Source: Candidatus Velthaea sp.
GTDB taxonomy: Bacteria; Vulcanimicrobiota; Vulcanimicrobiia; Vulcanimicrobiales; Vulcanimicrobiaceae
Reading direction: 5' to 3'
DNA: 37,809 nt
Assembly: GCA_050012475.1 (NCBI GenBank)
Contig: JBEKHC010000045.1
Location: 1 to 37,809, forward strand
This document shows, piece after piece, positions 29,042-37,809 of the stretch; the stretch's first letter is position 1, and every line of letters starts with the position of its first letter. Below the pieces are notes generated by a model. The model worked only from the letters and a program-made list of their open reading frames with translations, ran no database searches and had not been told where the DNA came from. The translations under genes were made by a program, and so were the position numbers.

Positions 29042-29271
29042 GTGGATCTCACGTGGCTGCACGGACTGCTGCATCGAGCAGTCGTCCTCACGGTCACGAC
29101 GGGACGAAGTTCATCGGCCGGCTGGAAACGATTCCGACCAGCGCGACGGCGCCGAAATACGACTATGCCATCAACGGCGCAGCCGCGCGCGATGGGGGTA
29201 AGCCCAGCCGATCCGGCCCGCTCGCGCCCGAACGCTCGCAAACGCGGTCCGACGTGCGCGCCGCCGGGTAA
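29042..29271 (+). pseudogene. Possible frameshifted small gene
   Basis: VDLTWLHGLLHRAVVLTV continues as HDGTKFIGRLETIP…YDYAING if one base is restored near 29095. Confidence 0.3.
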
Positions 29272-29280
29272 AGCGTCGAT

Positions 29281-30240
29281 GTGATCGATCGACCGGAAGG
29301 CGCAGGGGACGAATCCGTCGCGACGATCCTCGTCGCAATCGTCGTCAACGTGCTGATCGCCGGATGCAAGATCGGCGCGGCCGCCATCACTGGCAGTTCG
29401 GCGATGCTCTCCGAATCGATCCACTCGGCCGTCGACGCGCTCAACGAAGCCTTGCTCTTCGTCGGGGTGACTCGCGGCAAGCGCCCGGCCGACGACTCGC
29501 ACCCGCTCGGACATGGACAAGAGCTGTATTTCTGGACGCTGATCGTCGCGGTCGTCATCTTCGGCGCCGGCGGCAGCGTCTCGATATTCGAAGGCATCGG
29601 GCGCCTGCTGGCGCCGCGTCCGCTCGAGCACGCCTTTTGGAGCTATGCCGTTCTCGGTGCCTCGCTCGCGCTCGAAGCCGTTTCCTGGGTCGTCGCGTAT
29701 CGCGCGCTGCGCACGCGGGCCGGCTCGCTGTCAACCTGGCGCGTGATTCGCGAGAGCAAGGACCCGACCGTCTTCACGGTTCTGCTCGAAGATACGGCGG
29801 CCTTGCTGGGCTTGCTGATCGCGCTGAGCGGTACCATTCTCCAGCAACGCGGGCTGCTCTACGCCGACGGAATCGCGTCGATCGGGATCGGCGCCGTGCT
29901 GTGCTGCGTCGCGTTCATCGTCATTCGCGAGAGCCGCGGTTTGCTGATCGGCGAAAGTGCCGCGCGCTCGGTCAGCGACGGCATTCGCGCCATCCTGGCA
30001 GACGAAGATGATGCCATCGAGCGCATCGACCGCGTCGTCACGCTGCACCTCGGCCCGGACAACGTGCTGCTGATCCTTTCGCTGACCTTTGCGGCCCGTC
30101 CGCAAACCGATATCGATGCCGCCGTCGAGCGGATCCGGACACGCATCGCAACCGAAATTCCGATCGTCAAGACGTCGACGCTGTCGCTCTCCTCGATCCC
30201 AGCGCGCCCGGCCGGGCGTTCCGCGCTGTCATCTCAATGA
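29281..30240 (+). CDS. Cation diffusion facilitator (CDF) transporter
   Basis: SSAMLSESIHSAVD, HPLGHGQE, EDTAA, DGIASI, TLHLGP. Confidence 0.93.
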   Translation: MIDRPEGAGDESVATILVAIVVNVLIAGCKIGAAAITGSSAMLSESIHSAVDALNEALLFVGVTRGKRPADDSHPLGHGQELYFWTLIVAVVIFGAGGSVSIFEGIGRLLAPRPLEHAFWSYAVLGASLALEAVSWVVAYRALRTRAGSLSTWRVIRESKDPTVFTVLLEDTAALLGLLIALSGTILQQRGLLYADGIASIGIGAVLCCVAFIVIRESRGLLIGESAARSVSDGIRAILADEDDAIERIDRVVTLHLGPDNVLLILSLTFAARPQTDIDAAVERIRTRIATEIPIVKTSTLSLSSIPARPAGRSALSSQ

Positions 30241-30602
30241 ACGGCGACGAGTCCGACGCCGACGGCGAGGCCCACGAACGCGACCACCGCTGCCCCGGCC
30301 GCGGCAATCGCCGGTGAAAGACTGACGGCGCGCTCCGAAGCCAACGCGCGATCCGTCACGATATACCGGTAGCCGCCGTAAACGGCGACCAACGCGCCGA
30401 AGATCGCGACACCGGTGCCGAAGCCGGTGGACATCCGCTGCGCCCGTTCGCCGGTATGCAGCACCAGTGCGATCTCTTGGGTGAAGAGCGCGAAACGGGC
30501 GATGACGAAGCCGAAAGCCACGAAACTGAGCGCTGTGCGCAGATAGGCCAAAAAGGTTCGCTCATTCGCCAAAACGTCCGTCGGACGCGGTGCCGCCTTC
30601 AT
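30234..30602 (-). CDS. YidH/DUF202 family membrane protein
   Basis: LANERTFLAYLRT signature followed by three TM segments. Confidence 0.92.
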   Translation of the reverse strand: MKAAPRPTDVLANERTFLAYLRTALSFVAFGFVIARFALFTQEIALVLHTGERAQRMSTGFGTGVAIFGALVAVYGGYRYIVTDRALASERAVSLSPAIAAAGAAVVAFVGLAVGVGLVAVH

Positions 30603-30664
30603 TGCGCTTCAGAATACGGCGCGCAACGAGCGATGGCATTGTCCACGCCCAAGAGGAGAAGTGC

Positions 30665-31048
30665 TTGCTGTTCACCGTCCCGCTGCTGTCCCTAGCACTC
30701 GTGCTGACCGCGGTTCACGGCCCCCCGCACGGCGAAGACGCTGCGTTTCACGTGGGCGTGAGCGGCCGAGCGGGTCAGGAAGTGCGCCTGCGCGCCGACG
30801 GCATCCCGCCCGGATACATCGCGTCGTTTTGCACGCCGCGCGTCTGCGCGCCGTTCCGCGTCACGCTCGCCCTGCCGGCCTCGGGGCGCGCGACGATCGA
30901 ACTGCACGTCATCCAGACGATCCCCCGTTCGGCCCCGCCCCGCATCGTTACGGTCACCGCCGCCGGCGCCCGCCCGGTGTCGCTGATGTATCCGCAACCG
31001 AACGGCGCGCGACGCGGGGCCGCTCCGGGCGCACGCCGACGCCGATGA
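30665..31048 (+). CDS. Hypothetical secreted protein
   Basis: GAGGAG at 30653-30658 then TTG; signal-like N-terminus; beta-rich body with FCTPRVC. Confidence 0.6.
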   Translation: MLFTVPLLSLALVLTAVHGPPHGEDAAFHVGVSGRAGQEVRLRADGIPPGYIASFCTPRVCAPFRVTLALPASGRATIELHVIQTIPRSAPPRIVTVTAAGARPVSLMYPQPNGARRGAAPGARRRR

Positions 31049-32258
31049 CTTGGGCCGCGATGAAACGCACGAATCCGAAGCGTCTCAAGGCGCGCTTGAT
31101 GCCGTCGAGTGCTGCCCGATCGTTGCGGCGCAACATGGGAGACAGAAACCGCCGGTGGGCAAGGACCTGCAGCGCTTGCGTCAAGCGCGACGGAAACTCG
31201 CGCCGGCGCTGAACGGAACGCAGGCGCGCGAACGTCAAGCGGTGCGCTCGCAACTCCGGCGTAAGAATGTTTGCCGTCGCGATCGCGTCTTGGATCGCAA
31301 GGTTGATGCCGACGCCGCCGACCGGCGACATCGCATGCGCGGCGTCGCCGATGCACAGGAAACCCGGTTTCGCCCAGCGGACGAGCCGGTCGACCGATAC
31401 CGACAGCAGTTTGACGTCATCCCAGTCGATCGTTGCGAGCCGGTCGCCCAGGAAGGGCGCACCGTTGCGAAGGTCGTGCCGAAACCCCTCGATGCCTCGC
31501 TCGCGCAGCGCGTCGAACGTTCCTTTGGGAAGCACGAAGGCGCATTGCCAGTAGTCGGTCCGGTCGATGAGAATCATGAAGCTGGCCGGCTCGAGGCTGC
31601 CGAAAGTCTGCGGCGGATCGCCCGGATGTTTTTCGATTCGAAACCACAGGACGTCAATCGGCGCGCCGATGTCGCGCACGCGCAAATCCGCTTGGGCACG
31701 CATCGTCGACGTCCGCCCGTCGCAACCCACGACGAGGTCGGCGAGGATCGTTCGCTCCCCCGCGGGCGTATTCGCCTTGACGCCGGCGATGCGCCGGCCC
31801 TTGCGGATGAGTTCGACGCCCTCGGCGTTCATCAAGACATGAAACGCCGGAAAACGCCGCGCATGCTCCGTGAGGAAATCCAGAAAGTCCCATTGCGCCA
31901 TGAAGACGACGAACTTGTTACGCGCGGTGACGAAGCGAAAATCCGGACCCGCAAACGTTTCGCCGCCGACTTGCACGGCGAAGCGCGGTTGACGGTTGTT
32001 GGCCCGGGCGAGGAACTCGTCGAGCAAACCCAGCGTGCCGAGCGCATCGAGCGTCGACGGATGAACCGTGTCGCCCCGAAAGTCGCGCAAGAAGTCGGCA
32101 TGCTTTTCGAGCACCGTGACCTCGACGCCGTTGCGTGCAAGCAGATAACCGAGCATGATGCCGGCCGGGCCTCCGCCGACCACGCAGCACGTGGTGCGGA
32201 GCACGGTCCCATCGTCTGCTCCGGCGGCCGCGTCGCCCGTTCGTTTTCTCTTCCGCAT
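30954..32258 (-). CDS. FAD-dependent oxidoreductase/monooxygenase (FAD_binding_3 type)
   Basis: VGGGPAG, EKHADFLRDFRGDTVHP, GCDGR, IGDAAHAMSPVGGVGINLAIQDA. Confidence 0.93.
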   Translation of the reverse strand: MRKRKRTGDAAAGADDGTVLRTTCCVVGGGPAGIMLGYLLARNGVEVTVLEKHADFLRDFRGDTVHPSTLDALGTLGLLDEFLARANNRQPRFAVQVGGETFAGPDFRFVTARNKFVVFMAQWDFLDFLTEHARRFPAFHVLMNAEGVELIRKGRRIAGVKANTPAGERTILADLVVGCDGRTSTMRAQADLRVRDIGAPIDVLWFRIEKHPGDPPQTFGSLEPASFMILIDRTDYWQCAFVLPKGTFDALRERGIEGFRHDLRNGAPFLGDRLATIDWDDVKLLSVSVDRLVRWAKPGFLCIGDAAHAMSPVGGVGINLAIQDAIATANILTPELRAHRLTFARLRSVQRRREFPSRLTQALQVLAHRRFLSPMLRRNDRAALDGIKRALRRFGFVRFIAAQVIGVGVRPERPRVARRSVADTSATPGGRRRR

Positions 32259-32316
32259 CGCACCGAACCGTTTACCCCGGCGCGCGGCAAACACCAAACG
32301 GCTTTCCGCTCGATCG

Positions 32317-35004
32317 CTACGATCGCGCGCCGGGTTCGCTGCCCAGCGGTCTTTCCAGTTCGGTGCGGATCCGGTCGATCGCGTGGCGCTCGGCGTTGAA
32401 CGTGGTCCACTTGTCGAACATCGACGTTTCGATATGCAGCGAGGGAGACCAGCGCAACAAGGCCTCTTCGGGCATGGCGGGCGCGAGCAGCGAGCCTTGC
32501 ACGACGTCACAACAACTTTCGAGCACCAGCCCCAGCTGAGCCGGCGTTTCGACCCCGTCGGCGATGACGTCGACGTGCAGCGCCCGGCCCAGCGCGACCG
32601 TCAATTCGACGATCGAGCGATCGCCCAGCTCTTCACCGCCGGCGCTCCGTTCGACGAGAAACGAACGGTCGATTTTCAAACCGTCGATCGGGAAGCGCCG
32701 GAGATGGGCGAGGGTCGACGAGCCCGTTCCGAAACCGTCCATAACGATCCGAACGCCGTACGAACGCAATTCAGCCAGCGTTGCGGCGATGCCGTCGTAC
32801 GAGCGGCGCGCGACGGTCTCGGAGATTTCGAGCGAGAGCTGAGCCGGCGCGATTCCCACCCGCTTGATGGTGTCGAGAACCATCGCCACGAAGCCGTGAT
32901 CGTTGCACTGACGGGCCGAAACATTGACCGCGACTCGCCCCGGACCACCGGCGGCCTTCCAACGTTTGGCAACCCGGCACGCTTCGTCGAGCGCCCACGC
33001 TCCGATCGGGATCGACAAACCCGTGCCGTCGGCGATCGCCATGAAACGCTCGCCGTCGAGCACGCCGAGTTCCGGATGATTCCAGTACAGGTGCGCTTCG
33101 GCGGCCAAGCAATTCCCGCGCCCGACTTGCGGCTGATAGCGCAGGAAAAGCTCGCGCCGTTCCAGCGCGCGATACAGTGCCGTCTCGAGTGATAATTCCG
33201 CGCCGTCGTTGTCGCCCGCCCGATGGGCGAAAAAGCCGACCCCGGTGTGCGCCGCCTTGACCTCGTACATCGTGCGATCGGCAAGCCGGAGAAGTTCGAC
33301 CGCCTCGTTCGCATCGTCGGGGTAAACACTGAAGCCGAAGCTGGCATGCACGAAAACTTCATGGCCCGAGAGCAAGAAACTGCCGTCGAGCGTGGCCAGA
33401 ATTCGACGAGCGATGCCTTCGGCGGCGTCGCGGCTGTCGACGCCGGTCAACAGAAAAAGAAATTCATCGCCGCCCATCCGCGCAACCGTGTCCTGCGGTC
33501 GAACGGCGTGCTGCAGGCGCTGCGCAACTTCGATCAGCAGTTGATCGCCGACGACGTGGCCCAGCGTGTCGTTGACGATCTTGAATCGATCGAGATCGAG
33601 CAACCCGATGAAGATGCGCTCCTGCGGTCTTTTTTCCGCGGCGATCGCGTGGCGCAGTCGACTCTCGAAGACACCCCGGTTCGGCAGGCCGGTGAGGGAA
33701 TCGCGCAACGCGAGATCCTCCAAGCGGTCCCGCGTGCGCTGACCCTCGATGGCGATCGACGCAAGTTGCGCCGCCTCCTGAATCGCGCTCAGTTCGTCGC
33801 TGCTGGGAACGCGCGGACGCTTCGAGTAGACCGAGATGGTGCCATGAACGAGCCCCCGCGCGCTGAAGATCGGGACCGACCAGCACGCCCGCAGCCCGAG
33901 ATCGAGGGCGAGCGGCCGCGGCGTCTCCCAACGCGGATCGGTTGCGATATCGCCGACGATAATGGTCTGGCCGAAATAGGCGGCGGCCCCGCAGGAGCCC
34001 TCGGACGGACCGATGCGTGCTTGCCCGATCGCCTTGATCCAAAGCTGCGGGAGCGCCGGGCCCGAAGCGACGTGTTCGAGCGCGTTCCCTTTGCACAGCA
34101 GAATCGCGCAGATGCCTTCGGGAATGGTGAACTCGACGCTCTCGACGAGGTGATCGAAGATCTCCGACAACGGCGCGTCGTTCGCGGCGAGCTCGAGGAT
34201 CTGCAACCGCCGGCGCTCGGCCTCGCGCGTCCGGTTCAGCGCAGTTCGATCCTGCATGATCACGACGATCCCCGAGATCTCGCCTTCGGCATCGCGAACG
34301 GGCCCGGCGTTGACCACGACGTCGAGCAGACGTCCGTCGCGCGTCAGCCGTTTGCACTCGAAGGCATCGAGGACCTCGCCCCGCTCGTAAATGAGCTCAC
34401 GCCGGCGCACGATTTCGGCGACGTCCCCGGTCGGCACGAGCGCGTCCACGCGATTGACGACTTCTTCGGCCGTCCATCCCAAAAGCTCGGTGGCGCCGTG
34501 ATTCCAGCCGTCAACGGTGCCGTCGCGGCGGTGGAAAATGATCGCGTTCGACGAGGTCGCGTTCAGCGCCGCAAGCCGTTCCCGCAGTTCGAGCGCTTCC
34601 GTTCTGAGCGCGAGATGTTCGGCCGCGGGGTCGCAGAGTTCCGCCAAAAGCGCGAGCTCGGCGGACGTGAACTCGCGCGGGCGGCTATCCAAAACGAACA
34701 AGGTCCCAACGCGGGTCCCATCGCGTGCGCGTATGGCGGCCGACGCGCCGGATCGCAGGGGCGCATCTTCCGGTCCGAGCGAGAGGATCGCCCGATCGTG
34801 CGGATCGGCGAAAGACCGGCAAAGCCGGCTTGCGACCGCGGCGGTTTCGCCGGTCAGACCGTGGCTGGCGACGATCTCGGTTCTTTCCGCTTTGGAGCAA
34901 AGGGCGATGACCGCTGCCTGAACGTCGAGCAGACAACTCGCCAGCCGGGCGCACTGAGCGAAAACGGGCATACGCGAGCCTCTGTCCGCGAGCGAATGAT
35001 CCAC
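32317..35004 (-). CDS. GAF-PAS-GAF-GGDEF-EAL(degenerate) signalling protein
   Basis: DSLTGLPNR, RPQD…GGDEF; the EAL domain reads EAH, DGFGTG, DGVE; start uncertain. Confidence 0.92.
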   Translation of the reverse strand: MDHSLADRGSRMPVFAQCARLASCLLDVQAAVIALCSKAERTEIVASHGLTGETAAVASRLCRSFADPHDRAILSLGPEDAPLRSGASAAIRARDGTRVGTLFVLDSRPREFTSAELALLAELCDPAAEHLALRTEALELRERLAALNATSSNAIIFHRRDGTVDGWNHGATELLGWTAEEVVNRVDALVPTGDVAEIVRRRELIYERGEVLDAFECKRLTRDGRLLDVVVNAGPVRDAEGEISGIVVIMQDRTALNRTREAERRRLQILELAANDAPLSEIFDHLVESVEFTIPEGICAILLCKGNALEHVASGPALPQLWIKAIGQARIGPSEGSCGAAAYFGQTIIVGDIATDPRWETPRPLALDLGLRACWSVPIFSARGLVHGTISVYSKRPRVPSSDELSAIQEAAQLASIAIEGQRTRDRLEDLALRDSLTGLPNRGVFESRLRHAIAAEKRPQERIFIGLLDLDRFKIVNDTLGHVVGDQLLIEVAQRLQHAVRPQDTVARMGGDEFLFLLTGVDSRDAAEGIARRILATLDGSFLLSGHEVFVHASFGFSVYPDDANEAVELLRLADRTMYEVKAAHTGVGFFAHRAGDNDGAELSLETALYRALERRELFLRYQPQVGRGNCLAAEAHLYWNHPELGVLDGERFMAIADGTGLSIPIGAWALDEACRVAKRWKAAGGPGRVAVNVSARQCNDHGFVAMVLDTIKRVGIAPAQLSLEISETVARRSYDGIAATLAELRSYGVRIVMDGFGTGSSTLAHLRRFPIDGLKIDRSFLVERSAGGEELGDRSIVELTVALGRALHVDVIADGVETPAQLGLVLESCCDVVQGSLLAPAMPEEALLRWSPSLHIETSMFDKWTTFNAERHAIDRIRTELERPLGSEPGARS

Positions 35005-35455
35005 CGGCCGCTCTCCAAAGATGCCGTTATCTTTTGCCGCGCGGCAAAAACCCTACCGATGATGATCTCGCGACGGGCGCTGCGCTTGACCTGCTCTGCC
35101 GTAGGAGCGTGACCCGTGCGGATACTGGCGATGCGCATTTGCCGCAGCAAGAACGAGCGGCCCACTATTTGTTCGTTCATCAAACTTTCGACGCGCCTCG
35201 CGACGCTGCGTTGCACGTTAGGGTGTGCGCGTTCGATGGAGAGCGGCGAGCTACAATTAAATTTCAGCGCCGCGCAATCTCGAATCTCGCGTCGTGACAC
35301 CGCGACACGTTTTCCGCTACGTACACTGCCGCCCAGCATCCGGGAAGGTTGTCGCAATCCGATGGTGGCATGTTACAATTTCAACAATCGGCTGCTTGCA
35401 ATCCGGTGCCCCTCATGTAAACATCAATAGTTCCCAGACCAGTGAGCTGAAGCGA

Positions 35456-35644
35456 ATGAGCAAGGAACGAGATCGTCAGGCTGAAATCGAAGCCCTACGA
35501 AAACGGGTCGACGATTTCTGGAACAAGTGCTACGCGAAACTTCACGCGGCACATGTTCAAAACGCAGGGACGCTGCGACGCATATTCCTCAACGACAACG
35601 AAGACGACCCGGGAAAGAGCTCGCATACGCCGTCGCCGAAGTAG
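35456..35644 (+). CDS. Possible small helical protein (62 aa)
   Basis: MSKERDRQAEIEALRKRVDDFWNKCYAKL…; TGtTACAAT at 35371-35379 upstream; overlaps the convergent gene by 56 bp. Confidence 0.35.
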   Translation: MSKERDRQAEIEALRKRVDDFWNKCYAKLHAAHVQNAGTLRRIFLNDNEDDPGKSSHTPSPK

Positions 35645-37733
35645 CGGCCGTACCCGGTTCCAGAAACGTGGCGGCAAAGAGGTCGGCCGCCAATGGTTGG
35701 GCGTAGAGAAATCCTTGCGCTTCGTCGCAGTGCTCCAGGCGCAGATACGTTTGCTGGCGATCGTCTTCCACGCCTTCGGCGATTGTCGTCAGGCCGAGGC
35801 TCGAAGCCATCTGGATGATGGCTCGCACAATCGCCGTATCGTTCGGATCGGAGGCTAAGCCGCGAATGAACGACCGGTCGATTTTGATTTTGTCCACGGC
35901 AAGCCGCTTCAGATAGGCGAGGCTGGAATATCCCGTCCCGAAGTCATCGATCGACAATCGTATCCCCACGGCTTTGAGCCGTTGGAGCGACTGCCGAATC
36001 TGTTCGACGTCACTGATCAAGACCGATTCGGTAAGCTCTAGTTCCAGGCACCCCGCGTCCAACCCGGCATCAGACAAAGCCGCATCGACGATGTGTTCCA
36101 AGTTGCCGCGCTTGAACTGAATGCCGGAAAGATTTGCAGCGACGGGAAACGATTCACGCCGGCCCTTCTGCCAGGCGGCGGATTGCCGGCAGACTTCTTG
36201 CAGAACCCACTCTCCGATGGGGACGATCAGCCCGCTGTCCTCGGCGATGGAAATAAACCGCTCCGGCAACAGCAGCCCGAACTCCGGATGGCGCCAACGG
36301 ATCAGCGCTTCGGCACCGATGACGACGCCGCTGGACAAATCCACTTGAGGCTGATAGTGCAGCACGAACTCCCCACGTTCGAGCGCGAGGCGGAGGCTGC
36401 TGCGAAGCGACAGCCGTTCATCGGCGTCGACGTTGGTCCGGCGATCGAAAAAACGGTAGGTGTTTCGTCCGGCCTGCTTCGCGGAATACATCGCGGCATC
36501 GGCACTCTTACGAAGGTCGTCAAAGTTGTCGCCGTCCACGGGATAGACGGCAACGCCGATCGACACCGTCGTCGAAACGTTGTGGCCGTCGATGACGAAG
36601 TACGCCGACAGTTTCTCGAGAATCTTTTCCAATAGAGCCGAAAGCGACGTCGTTTCACGTAGATCGGGAAGCACGATCAAGAACTCGTCACCGCCCAATC
36701 GTCCGACCGTGTCGGAGTCTCTGACGCAGGCTTCGAGGCGCGCCGCGATCGCCTTGAGCAAAGCGTCGCCGGTAGAATGGCCCAGCGAGTCATTGATGGT
36801 CTTGAAGTTGTCGAGGTCGAGGAAGAGCAGACCGACTTTGGATTTACTCCGTTCGGCGCGCACCATCGCTTGAGTGATCCGATCCTTGACCAGCGAACGG
36901 TTCGGCAGCTGGGTCAACGAATCGTGATCGGCGAAAAATTTGATTTGCGCTTCAGCGCTCTTGCGCTCCGTAACGTCGGCAACGATACCATGCATGCGGA
37001 TGAGCTTGTTGGCCGAATCACGAAACGGGCGCCCGTACGATTCGATCCAGCGAACCTCTCCGTCATCGCGACGGATGCGGCATTCGACGTGTAATTCGCT
37101 CGCCGTTTTGAGTGCTGCGTTAATGGACGAAGCCACCGCATCGCGATCTTCCGGGAGCACCTTATCGAGAAAGGCGGCGCTTCCCCAATCCGCTGGAATC
37201 CGTTCATAGCCGAAAATCTCATCGTGACGCCGGGACGTCGAAACGGCCTGGCCGGTCGTCAAGTCGAGTTCCCAACTGCCGAGCCGGCCGGCCTCGAGGG
37301 CGAGGCTCAGATTCGCGTTGCTTTGGTGAAGCGCGATTTGCCCGCGTTCGGCTTCGATTTGCGTGCGAAGGTCGCTTTCTCGGCGCGCAGCATCACGACT
37401 GGCCCGGTGCCGTTGCTCGCTGGCGACGATCGCCGCCACGCAAACGGTGGTGAAGATCAGCACCTTCTCGAAGTTCACCTTGATCATCAAGCTGCCCGTG
37501 GGTGCGAGCACGAAGAATTCTACGCATAATGCGCTGAGTACGGTAGCAAGCACGGCCGGGCCGAGGCCGCCGAAGTACGCCGAGAGAAAGATCGGCACGG
37601 TAAAGATGACGATGGGAGCATCGCTGAGCGCAAACGTGAAAGCCTCGCGGAACCACAGCGTTGCGACCGTTACGCCGACGGCGAGCAGATACGGAAGTAT
37701 GCTCGTCCGCAGATTCCGTTGCGATCGCGGCAC
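35589..37733 (-). CDS. Membrane sensor (DUF4118-like)-PAS-GGDEF-EAL diguanylate cyclase/phosphodiesterase
   Basis: Four N-terminal TM segments, PAS/PAC, RDSD…GGDEF, intact EAL, DDFGTG, EGVE and QG motifs. Confidence 0.94.
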   Translation of the reverse strand: MPRSQRNLRTSILPYLLAVGVTVATLWFREAFTFALSDAPIVIFTVPIFLSAYFGGLGPAVLATVLSALCVEFFVLAPTGSLMIKVNFEKVLIFTTVCVAAIVASEQRHRASRDAARRESDLRTQIEAERGQIALHQSNANLSLALEAGRLGSWELDLTTGQAVSTSRRHDEIFGYERIPADWGSAAFLDKVLPEDRDAVASSINAALKTASELHVECRIRRDDGEVRWIESYGRPFRDSANKLIRMHGIVADVTERKSAEAQIKFFADHDSLTQLPNRSLVKDRITQAMVRAERSKSKVGLLFLDLDNFKTINDSLGHSTGDALLKAIAARLEACVRDSDTVGRLGGDEFLIVLPDLRETTSLSALLEKILEKLSAYFVIDGHNVSTTVSIGVAVYPVDGDNFDDLRKSADAAMYSAKQAGRNTYRFFDRRTNVDADERLSLRSSLRLALERGEFVLHYQPQVDLSSGVVIGAEALIRWRHPEFGLLLPERFISIAEDSGLIVPIGEWVLQEVCRQSAAWQKGRRESFPVAANLSGIQFKRGNLEHIVDAALSDAGLDAGCLELELTESVLISDVEQIRQSLQRLKAVGIRLSIDDFGTGYSSLAYLKRLAVDKIKIDRSFIRGLASDPNDTAIVRAIIQMASSLGLTTIAEGVEDDRQQTYLRLEHCDEAQGFLYAQPLAADLFAATFLEPGTAATSATAYASSFPGRLRCR

Positions 37734-37809
37734 GCTTACACTCTAGATGCGGATTTCAACCGTCGAGCCGTCATTGTTTGCGCCGCTATCGTTTGCGTAT
37801 CGTCGAACA

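Noticed and set aside
28873..29631. 499-aa fusion upstream of the second phaB
   Set aside because: The extension is largely antisense to the CDF gene; the RBS and paralogue alignment give a start at 28872
35116..35430. Cys-rich 104-aa ORF
   Set aside because: No RBS, atypical codon usage and no consistent metal-binding spacing apart from one terminal CxxC

Overview
GC-rich bacterial chromosomal window from a probable diderm (a complete RND-MFP-OMF pump sits alongside csaB; the gene mix suggests Vulcanimicrobiota/Eremiobacterota, but that is only an inference). Left to right: a repeat-rich, less GC-rich edge with a nested-palindrome MITE-like element; a tripartite RND efflux operon; tag, a DUF4239-like gene and small hypothetical genes; LuxR and PaaI genes; an ilvB plus ACT-only small subunit pair preceded by a clear Leu/Val/Ile leader-peptide attenuator; ileS with structured tandem repeats in its probable 5' leader; an alpha/beta hydrolase-DUF5693-csaB-M50 protease run; metX; an enoyl-CoA hydratase; a polyhydroxyalkanoate cluster; a CDF transporter, DUF202, an FAD oxidoreductase and two GGDEF-EAL proteins. 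The PHA cluster (phaB-phaC-XRE regulator-small helical protein, phaZ, second phaB) is the best candidate for a new system. Its regulator and small protein resemble the actinobacterial lipid-droplet Rv0474-hbhA / MLDSR-MLDS module, and a palindrome overlaps the promoter of the small gene. All family calls come from motif recognition by eye; no searches were run.
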